From NCBI GenBank assembly GCA_965224485.1, contig CBDCZH010000016.1, positions 192,001 to 256,000 of the forward strand: 64,000 nucleotides of DNA, in the 5' to 3' direction. The notes under the pieces are model-generated. The model searched no databases and was not told where the DNA came from. It saw only the letters and a program-made list of their open reading frames with translations. The position numbers and the translations under genes are program-made. Positions 19,612-28,336 of this stretch are shown one piece after another (the stretch's first letter is position 1; every line of letters starts with the position of its first letter). Origin of the DNA: Arcobacteraceae bacterium (GTDB lineage: Bacteria; Campylobacterota; Campylobacteria; Campylobacterales; Arcobacteraceae).

Positions 19612-20943
19612 ATGGTTGAAAGATATGCTAGAGAAGAAATGACAAAACATTGGACTCAACACGCAAGATATGCTGCATGGTTAGAAGTTGAAAAAGCTGC
19701 TGTTAAAGCTTGGAATAAATTAGGTTTAATTCCTGACTCTGATTGTGAAAAAATTGTTAAAAATGCTACATTTTCAGTTGAAAGAATTGAAGAGATAGAA
19801 GCTATTACAAAACATGATTTAATCGCTTTTAATACAAGTGTAAGTGAAAGTTTAGGAGAAGAATCAAGATGGTTCCATTATGGAATGACTTCTTCTGACG
19901 CTGTTGATACTGGTGTTGCCCTTCAAATGAAAGATTCACTTAAGATTATTATAAAAGATGTTGATATGTTAATGAGCTCTATTGAAAAAAGAGCACAAGA
20001 ACATAAAATGACTTTAATGGTAGGACGAAGCCATGGTATTCATGGGGAACCTATTACTTTTGGTTTAACTTTGGCTGTTTGGTATGATGAAATGGCAAGA
20101 CATAAAAAGAACTTAGAAGAAACTATGGAAGTTATTTGTGTTGGTCAAATTTCTGGAGCTATGGGTAACTTTGCTCATGCACCTTTAGAGCTTGAAGAGT
20201 ACGCAATGGAAGAATTAGGTTTAAAATCTGCTCCTTGTTCAAACCAAGTAATTCAAAGAGATAGATATGCAAGACTTGCAACAGCTTTAGCTCTAATGGC
20301 TTCAAGTGTTGAAAAATTTGCAGTTCAAGTGCGACATTTACAAAGAACAGAAGTTTATGAATGTGAAGAGTTTTTCGCAAAAGGGCAAAAAGGTTCTTCT
20401 GCTATGCCTCATAAAAGAAATCCAATTTTGACAGAAAATATAACAGGTCTGGCAAGAATGATTAGATCATATGCAATTCCAGCTATGGAAAACGTTGCTT
20501 TATGGCATGAAAGAGATATCTCTCATAGTTCAACTGAAAGATTTTGGTTACCTGATGCTTTTATTACTAGTGATTTTATGTTACATAGAATGAATAACGT
20601 AATAGCAAACTTAACTGTTATGCCTAAAAATATGATGAAAAACTTAAACTTAACTGGTGGTTTAGTATTTTCTCAAAGAGTATTATTAGAACTTCCAAAA
20701 GCAGGTGTTAGCAGAGAAGATGCTTACAGAATTGTTCAAAGAAATGCTATGAAAGTTTGGGAAGAGATTCAAGAAGGTAAACCAACAACTAATGAAAATG
20801 GTGATTCTTTATACCTACAATATTTATTAGCAGATGAAGAACTAGGTAAATCTCTAAGCCAAGAACAAATCAAAGAGTGTTTCTGTTTTGATTATTATAC
20901 AAAAAATGTAGATGGAATTTTTAACAGAGTTTTTAAAAAATAA
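19612..20943 (+). CDS. purB: Adenylosuccinate lyase
   Basis: GSSAMPHKRNP signature and WHERDISHSS motif. Confidence 0.97.
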   Translation: MVERYAREEMTKHWTQHARYAAWLEVEKAAVKAWNKLGLIPDSDCEKIVKNATFSVERIEEIEAITKHDLIAFNTSVSESLGEESRWFHYGMTSSDAVDTGVALQMKDSLKIIIKDVDMLMSSIEKRAQEHKMTLMVGRSHGIHGEPITFGLTLAVWYDEMARHKKNLEETMEVICVGQISGAMGNFAHAPLELEEYAMEELGLKSAPCSNQVIQRDRYARLATALALMASSVEKFAVQVRHLQRTEVYECEEFFAKGQKGSSAMPHKRNPILTENITGLARMIRSYAIPAMENVALWHERDISHSSTERFWLPDAFITSDFMLHRMNNVIANLTVMPKNMMKNLNLTGGLVFSQRVLLELPKAGVSREDAYRIVQRNAMKVWEEIQEGKPTTNENGDSLYLQYLLADEELGKSLSQEQIKECFCFDYYTKNVDGIFNRVFKK

Positions 20944-20985
20944 TTTTATTATAAAGAAAAAAAATTTTAACAATGGGATAGTAAT

Positions 20986-23370
20986 ATGGCAATAATGATT
21001 CGAAAAAGAAATGGACGAAAAGAAGTTTTAGATATTACCAAAATTCAAAAAATGACAGTAGAAGCAACAGATCAACTATCTGGCGTTTCGCAAAGTGAAT
21101 TAGAACTAGATGCTCAGATAAAATTTATTGATGGTATGAGTTCAGAGGATATTCAAGATGCACTAATAAAAACAGCAGTTGAAAAAATTGATATAGATGT
21201 TCCTGATTGGACTTTTGTAGCTGCAAGACTGTTTTTATTTAATCTTTATCATAAAGTAGGTCGAGCTACAGGTGGAGTTAAGGGTGAGGCATATTGTCAT
21301 TTAAAAGATTATATTAAAACAAATCAAGATGCTGGAAGAATGATTCCTGCATTAGAGATCGGTTATGACTTAGACGATTTAAATAATCACTTAGACCCTC
21401 AAAGAGATTTTCAATTCAATTATTTAGGAATAAAAACTTTATATGATAGATATTTAATTAAAGATAAAAATGCTCAACCAATAGAACTTCCTCAGCATAT
21501 GTTTATGGGAATAGCAATGTTCCTAGCTCAAAATGAAAAAAATAAACAAGAGTGTGCAAAAGAATTTTATGACATTGTTTCAAAATTTGAAGTAATGCTA
21601 GCAACTCCAACTCTATCAAATGCAAGAACAAATAGACATCAACTTTCATCTTGTTATATAGGATCAACTCCTGATAATATTGAAGGAATTTTTGATACTT
21701 ACCATGAAATGGCCTTATTATCTAAATATGGTGGTGGAATTGGTTGGGATTGGAACCAAGTTAGAGCTTTAGGTGGTGTTATTGATGACCATAAAAGTGC
21801 AGCAGGTGGAACAGTTCCATTTTTAAAAATTACGAATGATGTTGCTTTAGCTGTTGATCAATTAGGTACACGAAAAGGAGCAATTGCTGTTTACTTAGAG
21901 CCTTGGCATATGGATATAAGTGATTTTATTGATTTAAAAAAGAACTCAGGTGAAGAGCGACGAAGAGCTCATGATCTGTTTCCTGCTTTATGGATAAGTG
22001 ATCTGTTTATGGAAAGAATCTTAGCAGATGCATCTTGGACTCTTTTTGATCCTTATGAAGTTAAAGATTTATCTGAGCTTTTTGGAGAAGATTTTACAAA
22101 AAGATATGAAGAGTATGAAAATGATGATAGTATTACTAAAAATAGAATTAAAGCAAAAGATTTATGGAAAAAAATTCTAACATCATACTTTGAATCAGGA
22201 AGTCCTTTCTTATGTTTTAAAGATAATGCAAATAGAGCTAATCCAAACTCACATGTAGGACATATACGAAGTTCAAATCTTTGTACAGAAATTTTCCAAA
22301 ATACGAATCCAAATCACTATAAAACTAAATTTGAATTTGAAGATGGAAGTGTAGAGGCTTATGAAGAAAATGAGATTATACTTCTAGATTCAGGAATTAA
22401 GAAAAAAGCAAATAAAGTTACTGCATTAGATTCATTAAATGGTAAAAAAATATTTATTGTTGAGAAAGAAAAAATCGATGGTGATACAGCTGTTTGTAAC
22501 TTAGCTTCTATTAACTTAAGTAAAATAAATACTAAAGAAGATATGGAAAGAGTTATTCCAATAGCAGTAAGAATGCTTGATAATGTAATTGATTTAAACT
22601 TTTATCCTTTACGAAAAGTAAAAGCAACTAACTTAAAATCACGTTCAATTGGACTTGGTGTTATGGGTGAAGCTCAAATGTTAGCTGAAAAACAAATTGT
22701 ATGGGGAAGCAATGAACACTTAAAAGAGATTGACTCTTTAATGGAATCTGTTTCTTATAATACGATAAAAGCCTCTTGTGCTCTTTCTTCTGAAAAAGGA
22801 GCTTATCCAACATTTAAAGGTTCTAAGTGGTCACAAGGTATTATGCCTCATGACCATGCGCCTCAAGCTGTAAATGCTTTAGTAAAAAAAGATTTATTTG
22901 ATACAGGATATGATTGGGATGTTTTAAGAGAAGACGTTAAGAAAAATGGAATGAGAAATGGTTATTTAATGGCGGTTGCTCCTACTTCTTCTATCTCTAT
23001 TTTAGTTGGAACTACTCAGGCAATTGAACCTGTGTTTAAAAGAAAATGGTTTGAAGAGAATCTTTCAGGACTTATTCCTGTTGTTGTTCCAAAACTTTCT
23101 CCTGAAACTTGGGCTTATTATACTCCTGCTTTTGAAATTGATCAATTAGATTTAATAAAAGCAGCAGCAGTTAGGCAAAAATGGATGGATCAAGGTCAAA
23201 GTACAAATATATTTATGAGTTTAGATAAAGCAAGTGGTAAGTACTTACATCAAATTTATACTTTAGCTTGGCAACTTGGATTAAAATCAACATATTATCT
23301 AAGAAGTCAATCTCCAGAAGCTTCAACTGATATAGAAGATAGAAGCCTTGAGTGTTCAGGGTGTCAATAA
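20986..23370 (+). CDS. nrdA: Class Ia ribonucleotide reductase alpha subunit (N-terminal ATP cone)
   Basis: ATPTLSN, SSCY, SNLCTEI, VCNLAS, APTSSIS, KSTYY and C-terminal CSGC. Confidence 0.97.
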   Translation: MAIMIRKRNGRKEVLDITKIQKMTVEATDQLSGVSQSELELDAQIKFIDGMSSEDIQDALIKTAVEKIDIDVPDWTFVAARLFLFNLYHKVGRATGGVKGEAYCHLKDYIKTNQDAGRMIPALEIGYDLDDLNNHLDPQRDFQFNYLGIKTLYDRYLIKDKNAQPIELPQHMFMGIAMFLAQNEKNKQECAKEFYDIVSKFEVMLATPTLSNARTNRHQLSSCYIGSTPDNIEGIFDTYHEMALLSKYGGGIGWDWNQVRALGGVIDDHKSAAGGTVPFLKITNDVALAVDQLGTRKGAIAVYLEPWHMDISDFIDLKKNSGEERRRAHDLFPALWISDLFMERILADASWTLFDPYEVKDLSELFGEDFTKRYEEYENDDSITKNRIKAKDLWKKILTSYFESGSPFLCFKDNANRANPNSHVGHIRSSNLCTEIFQNTNPNHYKTKFEFEDGSVEAYEENEIILLDSGIKKKANKVTALDSLNGKKIFIVEKEKIDGDTAVCNLASINLSKINTKEDMERVIPIAVRMLDNVIDLNFYPLRKVKATNLKSRSIGLGVMGEAQMLAEKQIVWGSNEHLKEIDSLMESVSYNTIKASCALSSEKGAYPTFKGSKWSQGIMPHDHAPQAVNALVKKDLFDTGYDWDVLREDVKKNGMRNGYLMAVAPTSSISILVGTTQAIEPVFKRKWFEENLSGLIPVVVPKLSPETWAYYTPAFEIDQLDLIKAAAVRQKWMDQGQSTNIFMSLDKASGKYLHQIYTLAWQLGLKSTYYLRSQSPEASTDIEDRSLECSGCQ

Positions 23371-23388
23371 AAGATTTAAAGGTAAAAC

Positions 23389-24408
23389 ATGGCTAGAAAA
23401 CATATATATAATCCAGACTCAACTGAGAGTTTAAATGACAGAAGAATCTTTGGTGGAGATTCTGATGGGATGATTAATTTTACTCGTATGAAATATCAAT
23501 GGGCACTTAATCTTTGGGATACAATGGAAGGTAATACTTGGTTTCCAAAAGAAGTTCAAATGACAGGAGATGCTAAAGATTACAAGTTTTTAACAGTTGC
23601 TGAAAAAAGAATGTATGATTTAGTTTTATCTCAATTGATTTTTATGGACTCTTTACAAACAAATAATCTAATGGATAATATAAATCCATATATTACTGCT
23701 CCTGAAGTGAATGCGTGTTTATCAAGACAATCATATGAAGAAGCAAATCATTCTAAATCATACGCTGTTATGGTTGAGTCAATTTCTGATAATACAGATG
23801 AGATTTATGATATGTGGAAAACTGATACTCAATTAAGAGAGAAAAATAATTATATTGCTCATGTTTATGAAGACTTAGCTGGTAATGTAACTAATGAAAA
23901 AATGGTTTTAGCACTTTTTGCAAACCAAATTTTAGAAGGTTTATACTTTTATGCAGGTTTTGCCGCTATGTATGCCTTAGGAAAATCTGGAAAAATGTTA
24001 GGAAGCTCTCAAATGATTAGATTCATTCAAAGAGATGAAGTAACTCACCTTCTTCTTTTCCAAAACATGATTAACTCAGTTAGAAAAGAGAGACCAGAGC
24101 TGTTTACAAAAGAGTTAGAAGTAACAGTAAGAGCTATGTTTAGAAAAGCAGTAGACTTAGAAGCATCATGGGGAGCATATATCACTCAAGGTCAAATTCT
24201 AGGATTTACAGATGCAATCATTAGACAATACATAGAATACCTAGCAGATCAAAGACTACAAGCAGTAGGATATGAAGCAGAATATAACGTAAAACACCCT
24301 ATTCCATGGGTTGATGGTTATTCAAGTTTCAATGATCAAAGAGTTAATTTCTTCGAAGGTAATGTGGTGAATTATTCAAAAGGAAGCATAGACTTCGACG
24401 ATTTCTAA
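23389..24408 (+). CDS. nrdB: Class I ribonucleotide reductase beta subunit
   Basis: [27 protein letters not shown] and NFFE...Y motifs. Confidence 0.97.
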   Translation: MARKHIYNPDSTESLNDRRIFGGDSDGMINFTRMKYQWALNLWDTMEGNTWFPKEVQMTGDAKDYKFLTVAEKRMYDLVLSQLIFMDSLQTNNLMDNINPYITAPEVNACLSRQSYEEANHSKSYAVMVESISDNTDEIYDMWKTDTQLREKNNYIAHVYEDLAGNVTNEKMVLALFANQILEGLYFYAGFAAMYALGKSGKMLGSSQMIRFIQRDEVTHLLLFQNMINSVRKERPELFTKELEVTVRAMFRKAVDLEASWGAYITQGQILGFTDAIIRQYIEYLADQRLQAVGYEAEYNVKHPIPWVDGYSSFNDQRVNFFEGNVVNYSKGSIDFDDF

Positions 24409-24557
24409 AAAAAGAAGATTTTCTAATATTTCTTTTTGCCAATCTCTGCGTTGGCAATCGTATTTTATGGACTCACCTACTAAGATGTAGGCTCCTCCAT
24501 AAAATCCAATCACCGCCTTGACCTTAACAAAAATAAACATCATAAAATCTCTTTTTT
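24407..24557. repeat. ERIC-like palindromic intergenic element (MITE-like)
   Basis: CTGCGTTGGC...TCACCTACTAAGATGTAGGCTCC...CCGCCTTG in the same order as the ERIC consensus blocks; nested inverted repeats; outer imperfect IR AAAAAAGAAGATTTT / AAAATCTCTTTTTT. Confidence 0.65.
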
Positions 24558-24568
24558 GAGGATCTTAA

Positions 24569-25217
24569 ATGAAAAAAAGTTTAATTATTGTAATATTCTT
24601 TATAATAGAAGTTACTATTGCATTGATTTGGAATTTTGATACGGAAGAAACATATAATTATGAGGCTATTTATTGTTATTGTCGGATTATTATATCCTCC
24701 ACTTCTCTATTTCTTTACTAAAAAAGATATTAAAAAAATTGAAATTTATACAAAGAAAGATAAATATAAGAATTCAAACTTAAAAAGTGTTGATAAATCA
24801 TATTTATTAGGTTTTATAAAAAATCTTCCTTATGATAGAAATATTATATATAGCCAAGCTCAATTAAAATTTGATTCAGGTGTAACCTCTACAATGAGAG
24901 ATGGAGCAAGTGATATAATAGATTTTTTGTTTGACACATGGCTTCAAATAGGCGATTTTTACGATAATGATCTATTTGATAATCAAAATCCAAAAAAATA
25001 TATAACTAGCTATATTGAAGGAAGATACACTTCTCATTGGGCTAAATATTTACCAAATGGTGGAAATGATATAGGTACTATGTATGCTAATATAGTTGAT
25101 GCAGAAGTTATAAATGACTTAGAAAATGAAATTGTTAGTATTATTAGTGCAATAAGTATGGTTTCAGAAAATATAGATTTTAAAATATTTATAAATGAAT
25201 GGAATACTAAAAGTTAA
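24569..25217 (+). pseudogene. Hypothetical membrane protein, frameshifted near 24665
   Basis: GAGGA RBS then ATG at 24569 (MKKSLIIVIFFIIEVTIALIWNFD..., stops at 24721); a second TM segment and soluble domain continue in another frame (track ORF 24636-25217). Confidence 0.55.
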
Positions 25218-25271
25218 AACTACTAGTCACTCACGGCTTTGACAGAAACTTCTTTTTACTTTTTTTAACCC

Positions 25272-25309
25272 ACCTCTTCCACCTCTCAATGAAGTGCCAA
25301 CGAAGGGGT
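25272..25309 (+). ncRNA. Abi-associated stem-loop RNA motif, copy 1 (putative RNA antitoxin)
   Basis: ACCTCTTC-CAC-ctctcaatgaa-GTG-ccaac-GAAGGGGT, followed by a T-rich tract. Confidence 0.6.
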
Positions 25310-25420
25310 TTTCTTTTTTAATCATAAACAATCAAACTATAATCCTTAGTATTTGTCCTTAATATATAATATAATGTAATATATTATTAAAAATGATATA
25401 CTTAAATACTAGGAATTATT

Positions 25421-25546
25421 ATGAATATAAGTTCTAAAAAAATTCTAATATATATTTTAAGTACAACTAAAGAGCATGTAAGCTATACTTACTTTAACAC
25501 ACCTTCTCCACCTCTTTACAATGTGCCAAAGAGAGGGTCTTCATGA
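25421..25546 (+). CDS. Possible 41-aa leader ORF coupled to the abi start (ATGA overlap)
   Basis: AGGA RBS; MNISSKKILIYILSTTKEHVSYTYFNTPSPPLYNVPKRGSS*; reads through RNA copy 2. Confidence 0.3.
   Translation: MNISSKKILIYILSTTKEHVSYTYFNTPSPPLYNVPKRGSS
25501..25538 (+). ncRNA. Abi-associated stem-loop RNA motif, copy 2 (5' UTR of abi, contains its SD)
   Basis: ACCTTCTC-CAC-ctctttacaat-GTG-ccaaa-GAGAGGGT-cttc-ATG; preceded by TAAGcTATACT -10 box. Confidence 0.65.
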
Positions 25547-25657
25547 TTGATTTCAAAAAACAACTTATTAATATTAAAAATCAAAAAAATTCTTATACTA
25601 AAATACACAAAACTTTTGATGAACAACTGTCAATATTAAAGGAAAGAGAATTAAATA

Positions 25658-26774
25658 CGCCAATTCAACTCTAAAGTGCAACAAATATAGGCAAAATTAT
25701 GCCACCATCTTTCTTGAAACTTCCTTCAAAAATATCTCATTCGGAGTATAATATTTTAGTATCTTTCTTGGTCTATTATTTAACCTGTTTTGTATTATAA
25801 GTATTTGAGTATTATTTACATTCTCAAAGCTTGATTTTTTAGGAATATATTCTCTCACCAATCCATTTGTATGTTCATTTAATCCTCTTTGCCAAGATGA
25901 ATAAGGATCACAAAAATAAAACTTTATATTTAATTCTTTTGCTATTTCTTCATGATAAGAAAACTCTTTGCCATTATCTGATGTAATGGTATGAACTAAA
26001 TTCCTTATTGGATATAACAACTCTATAATAGCTTGCGTAACTGCACCAGCTTGTTTTGATTCAACTATCCTCATTAGTGTAAACTTACTCTTTCTATCTA
26101 CTAATGTAACAATTGCACCTTTATGGTCTTTCCCAATAATAGTATCTACTTCAAAGTCTCCAAATCTAGTTTTAGTCTCAATTATTTTAGCTCGTTGACT
26201 TATATTAACTCTATTCTTTATTTGACCTCTTGTTTTATATTGACTACTTCTATTTCCATACTTTTTGTTCTTATGTCTTAAATATTTATATAATCTTCCA
26301 CCACTTATTTGATTTGCATAAATATACCTATATACTGTTTCATAAGATATATTAGCTATTTTATGTAGTTTTAGTCTTCCTGTTAATTGCTCAGGAGATA
26401 ATCCTTCTTTTAATAACTTGCCAATCTTTAGTTTTAACTTCTTTGTTATCTTGTGATACCTATCTTTAAACTTGTCTCTAGAGACAGCACTTATATGAGC
26501 ATCCTCAGGACTGTAGTAATCATTGTTACTATTTCTTTTAAGCTCTCTTGATATGGTTGATTTATTAACACCTAGTAACTCTGCAATTTTAGATTGTGTA
26601 TAATTTTCGTTTTTATAAGCAAATATTTGATACCTTAATGAAAACCTAAGGTTAATTGTTTATACTTTTCCATTTAATGCTCCATTTATCCTGCAAGATA
26701 TTGAGCTTAAATTGTATATCAATCAGCCTTACATCTTACATTACTCTATGTTGCACTTTAAGTGTGAAAAGAGG
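25658..26774 (-). mobile_element. IS30-family insertion sequence (1117 bp)
   Basis: 26-bp imperfect terminal IRs (CGCCAATTCAACTCTAAAGTGCAACA / CCTCTTTTCACACTTAAAGTGCAACA), ATA direct repeats at 25655-25657 and 26775-26777, IS30-type transposase inside. Confidence 0.93.
25697..26673 (-). pseudogene. IS30 transposase with N-terminal frameshift
   Basis: GGAG RBS and ATG at 26673 give MEKYKQLTLGFH*. The -1 frame is open from ~26638: RYQIFAY...IAELLGVNKSTISRELKRN...SPEQL...SYETVYRYIY...GDFEVDT...TSDNGKEF...WQRGLNEHTNGLVREY...LNNRPRK. Confidence 0.88.
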
Positions 26775-27650
26775 ATATTAGCAATGATTCTTTTGTATTA
26801 ACAAAACTAGAACATATTAATTACTATAGATTAAGTGCATATTTTATACCTCTTCAGCATGAAAAAAGTAATATTTTTTGCCTAATATAAGCTTTGAAGA
26901 TATCTTATCTTTATACTATTTTGATAGTGAGTTAAGAAAGATTGTTTTTGAATCACTTGAGAGTATTGAAATATATTTTAGAACTCAAATTGCTTATTAT
27001 CACTCTTTAAAATATAATGCATTTGGATATTTAGATTATGATAGTTTTAGAAAGAATAAAACTGAGCAGGTTAAAAGAGTTCAAGATAATATTTTAAAAG
27101 AGAGAAAAAGATCAAGTGAGTTTTTTATAAAACATTTTAAAAAAGAATATAACTGTGAGAATTTACCAATATGGAGTGCAGTTGAAGTTATATCTTTTGG
27201 AACATTATCAAAGTTGTTTATGATATTAAAAGAAGAAGAACAAAATAAAATTTTAAATAAAATTCCAAGAATAAATAAACTTGTTGCTTATAAATGGTTA
27301 CATGCATTATCTAGTGTAAGAAATATGTGTGCACATCATAGTAGGCTTTGGAATAGAACACTAGGTGTTAGTTTTGAAGTACCTAAAGGTTTTGATGCTT
27401 TTGAGAGTATAAGAAAAAGTAAAAACAAGGTATTCTTTGCCTTAAGTGTTATTGAATACTTGCTTAATTGTATTGGTGAAGATGAGATAGCGTTTAAGTC
27501 TAAAATTAAAAATCTAATAAAAAAACACCCAAAGGTAAAACTTGAAAGTATGGGATTTACAGAAAAATGGGAAGACAATCTTATTTGGAGTAATAATGTC
27601 ATCTTCTTAATTACACACAAAGAGTATGTAAGTTATACTTTCTTTAACAC

Positions 27651-27689
27651 ACCTCTTCCACCTCTTTTCAATGTGCAAATCGAGGAGGT
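27651..27689 (+). ncRNA. Abi-associated stem-loop RNA motif, copy 3
   Basis: ACCTCTTC-CAC-ctcttttcaat-GTG-caaatc-GAGGAGGT-tttcttt; preceded by TAAGtTATACT -10 box. Confidence 0.65.
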
Positions 27690-27700
27690 TTTCTTTATTG

Positions 27701-27756
27701 ACAATCAACTATCAACCATTAACTACAAATAGCCATTAGCCACAAACCAACAATAA
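27701..27756 (+). repeat. Degenerate heptamer tandem tract
   Basis: ACAATCA ACTATCA ACCATTA ACTACAA ATAGCCA TTAGCCA CAAACCA ACAATAA. Confidence 0.5.
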
Positions 27757-27850
27757 TGATTCTTAGTATTTAAAGCTAAGCCAAAACCTTAAAACTACTC
27801 TAATTTAAAAAGTATTAAACTATTGTATACGAAAGAATAAGGAGGCTCAC

Positions 27851-28192
27851 ATGATAGTACATGGAATCACTTTAGATTTTGATGATATTAAAACTTGTGG
27901 TTTATTACCAGACCTATGTGCTAATTGGGACAGGCGCTCAGAAGAGTTAGTTGAACTTGAAACAATTGCTCAATACTGGGATGAAAACATCAAAATATTA
28001 CTAAAACAAACTAAAAAATTAATTATTGGAAATATTGGAAATAAATCTATTGTTTACTCTTACGATAAAGACGCTATTTTAAAAATAAAAGAAACCTTTA
28101 AAGAGTTTACATTAACACAAATGGAATATAAAGTAATAAATCATGATATTGATTATATTGTGCATGATTATTTAAAATTTTATGTTGTATAA
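27851..28192 (+). CDS. Hypothetical protein
   Basis: Strong AGGAGG RBS, 113-aa ORF; no motif recognised. Confidence 0.7.
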   Translation: MIVHGITLDFDDIKTCGLLPDLCANWDRRSEELVELETIAQYWDENIKILLKQTKKLIIGNIGNKSIVYSYDKDAILKIKETFKEFTLTQMEYKVINHDIDYIVHDYLKFYVV

Positions 28193-28336
28193 TTAGAAGT
28201 TATTTTCTTAAATAATATAATTTGTATATAAAAATATAAATAATTTTATAGAATAGCCTTTTAAAGGCTCTAAATATAATCTTCTTTTAAAAATAATTTT
28301 GTATACTATCTTTAAATAACTAGTCATGTAGGTAAA

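Larger units (their letters stand above)
25543..27732 (+). pseudogene. Abi_2/AbiD-AbiF family HEPN protein, interrupted by IS30 and a 1-nt frameshift
   Basis: N-terminus MIDFKKQ...YTKIHKTFDEQLSILKERELN (25543-25657) joins in frame to ISNDSFVLTKLEHINYYRLSAYF (from 26778) once the IS and one ATA are removed. A T6 run at 26874-26879 shifts frame. Then LYYFDSELR, LPIWSAVEVISFGTLS, HEPN RNMCAH (27319-27336) and MGFTEKW. Confidence 0.9.

Noticed and set aside
22300..22490. Extra segment in NrdA between NLCTEI and VCNLAS as an intein
   Set aside because: Only about 60 aa, with no Cys/Ser start, His-Asn end or homing endonuclease motifs; it looks like a lineage-specific insertion.
25272..27689. The three repeats as a CRISPR array
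   Set aside because: Spacing is 229 nt and more than 1 kb, the copies diverge in sequence, and there are no cas genes in the window.
25262..27695. The repeats as integron attC sites (TTTAAC...GTT)
   Set aside because: They are shorter than typical attC, the right ends (GTTTTCT/GTCTTCA) do not match GTTRRRY, copy 2 sits in a 5' UTR, and no integrase is present.
26878..27732. Track ORF as a complete, independent Abi gene with a TTG start
   Set aside because: The conserved N-terminal motifs (EQL..L..R, INYYRLSAY) lie upstream and across the IS; the TTG arises from the frameshifted T run.
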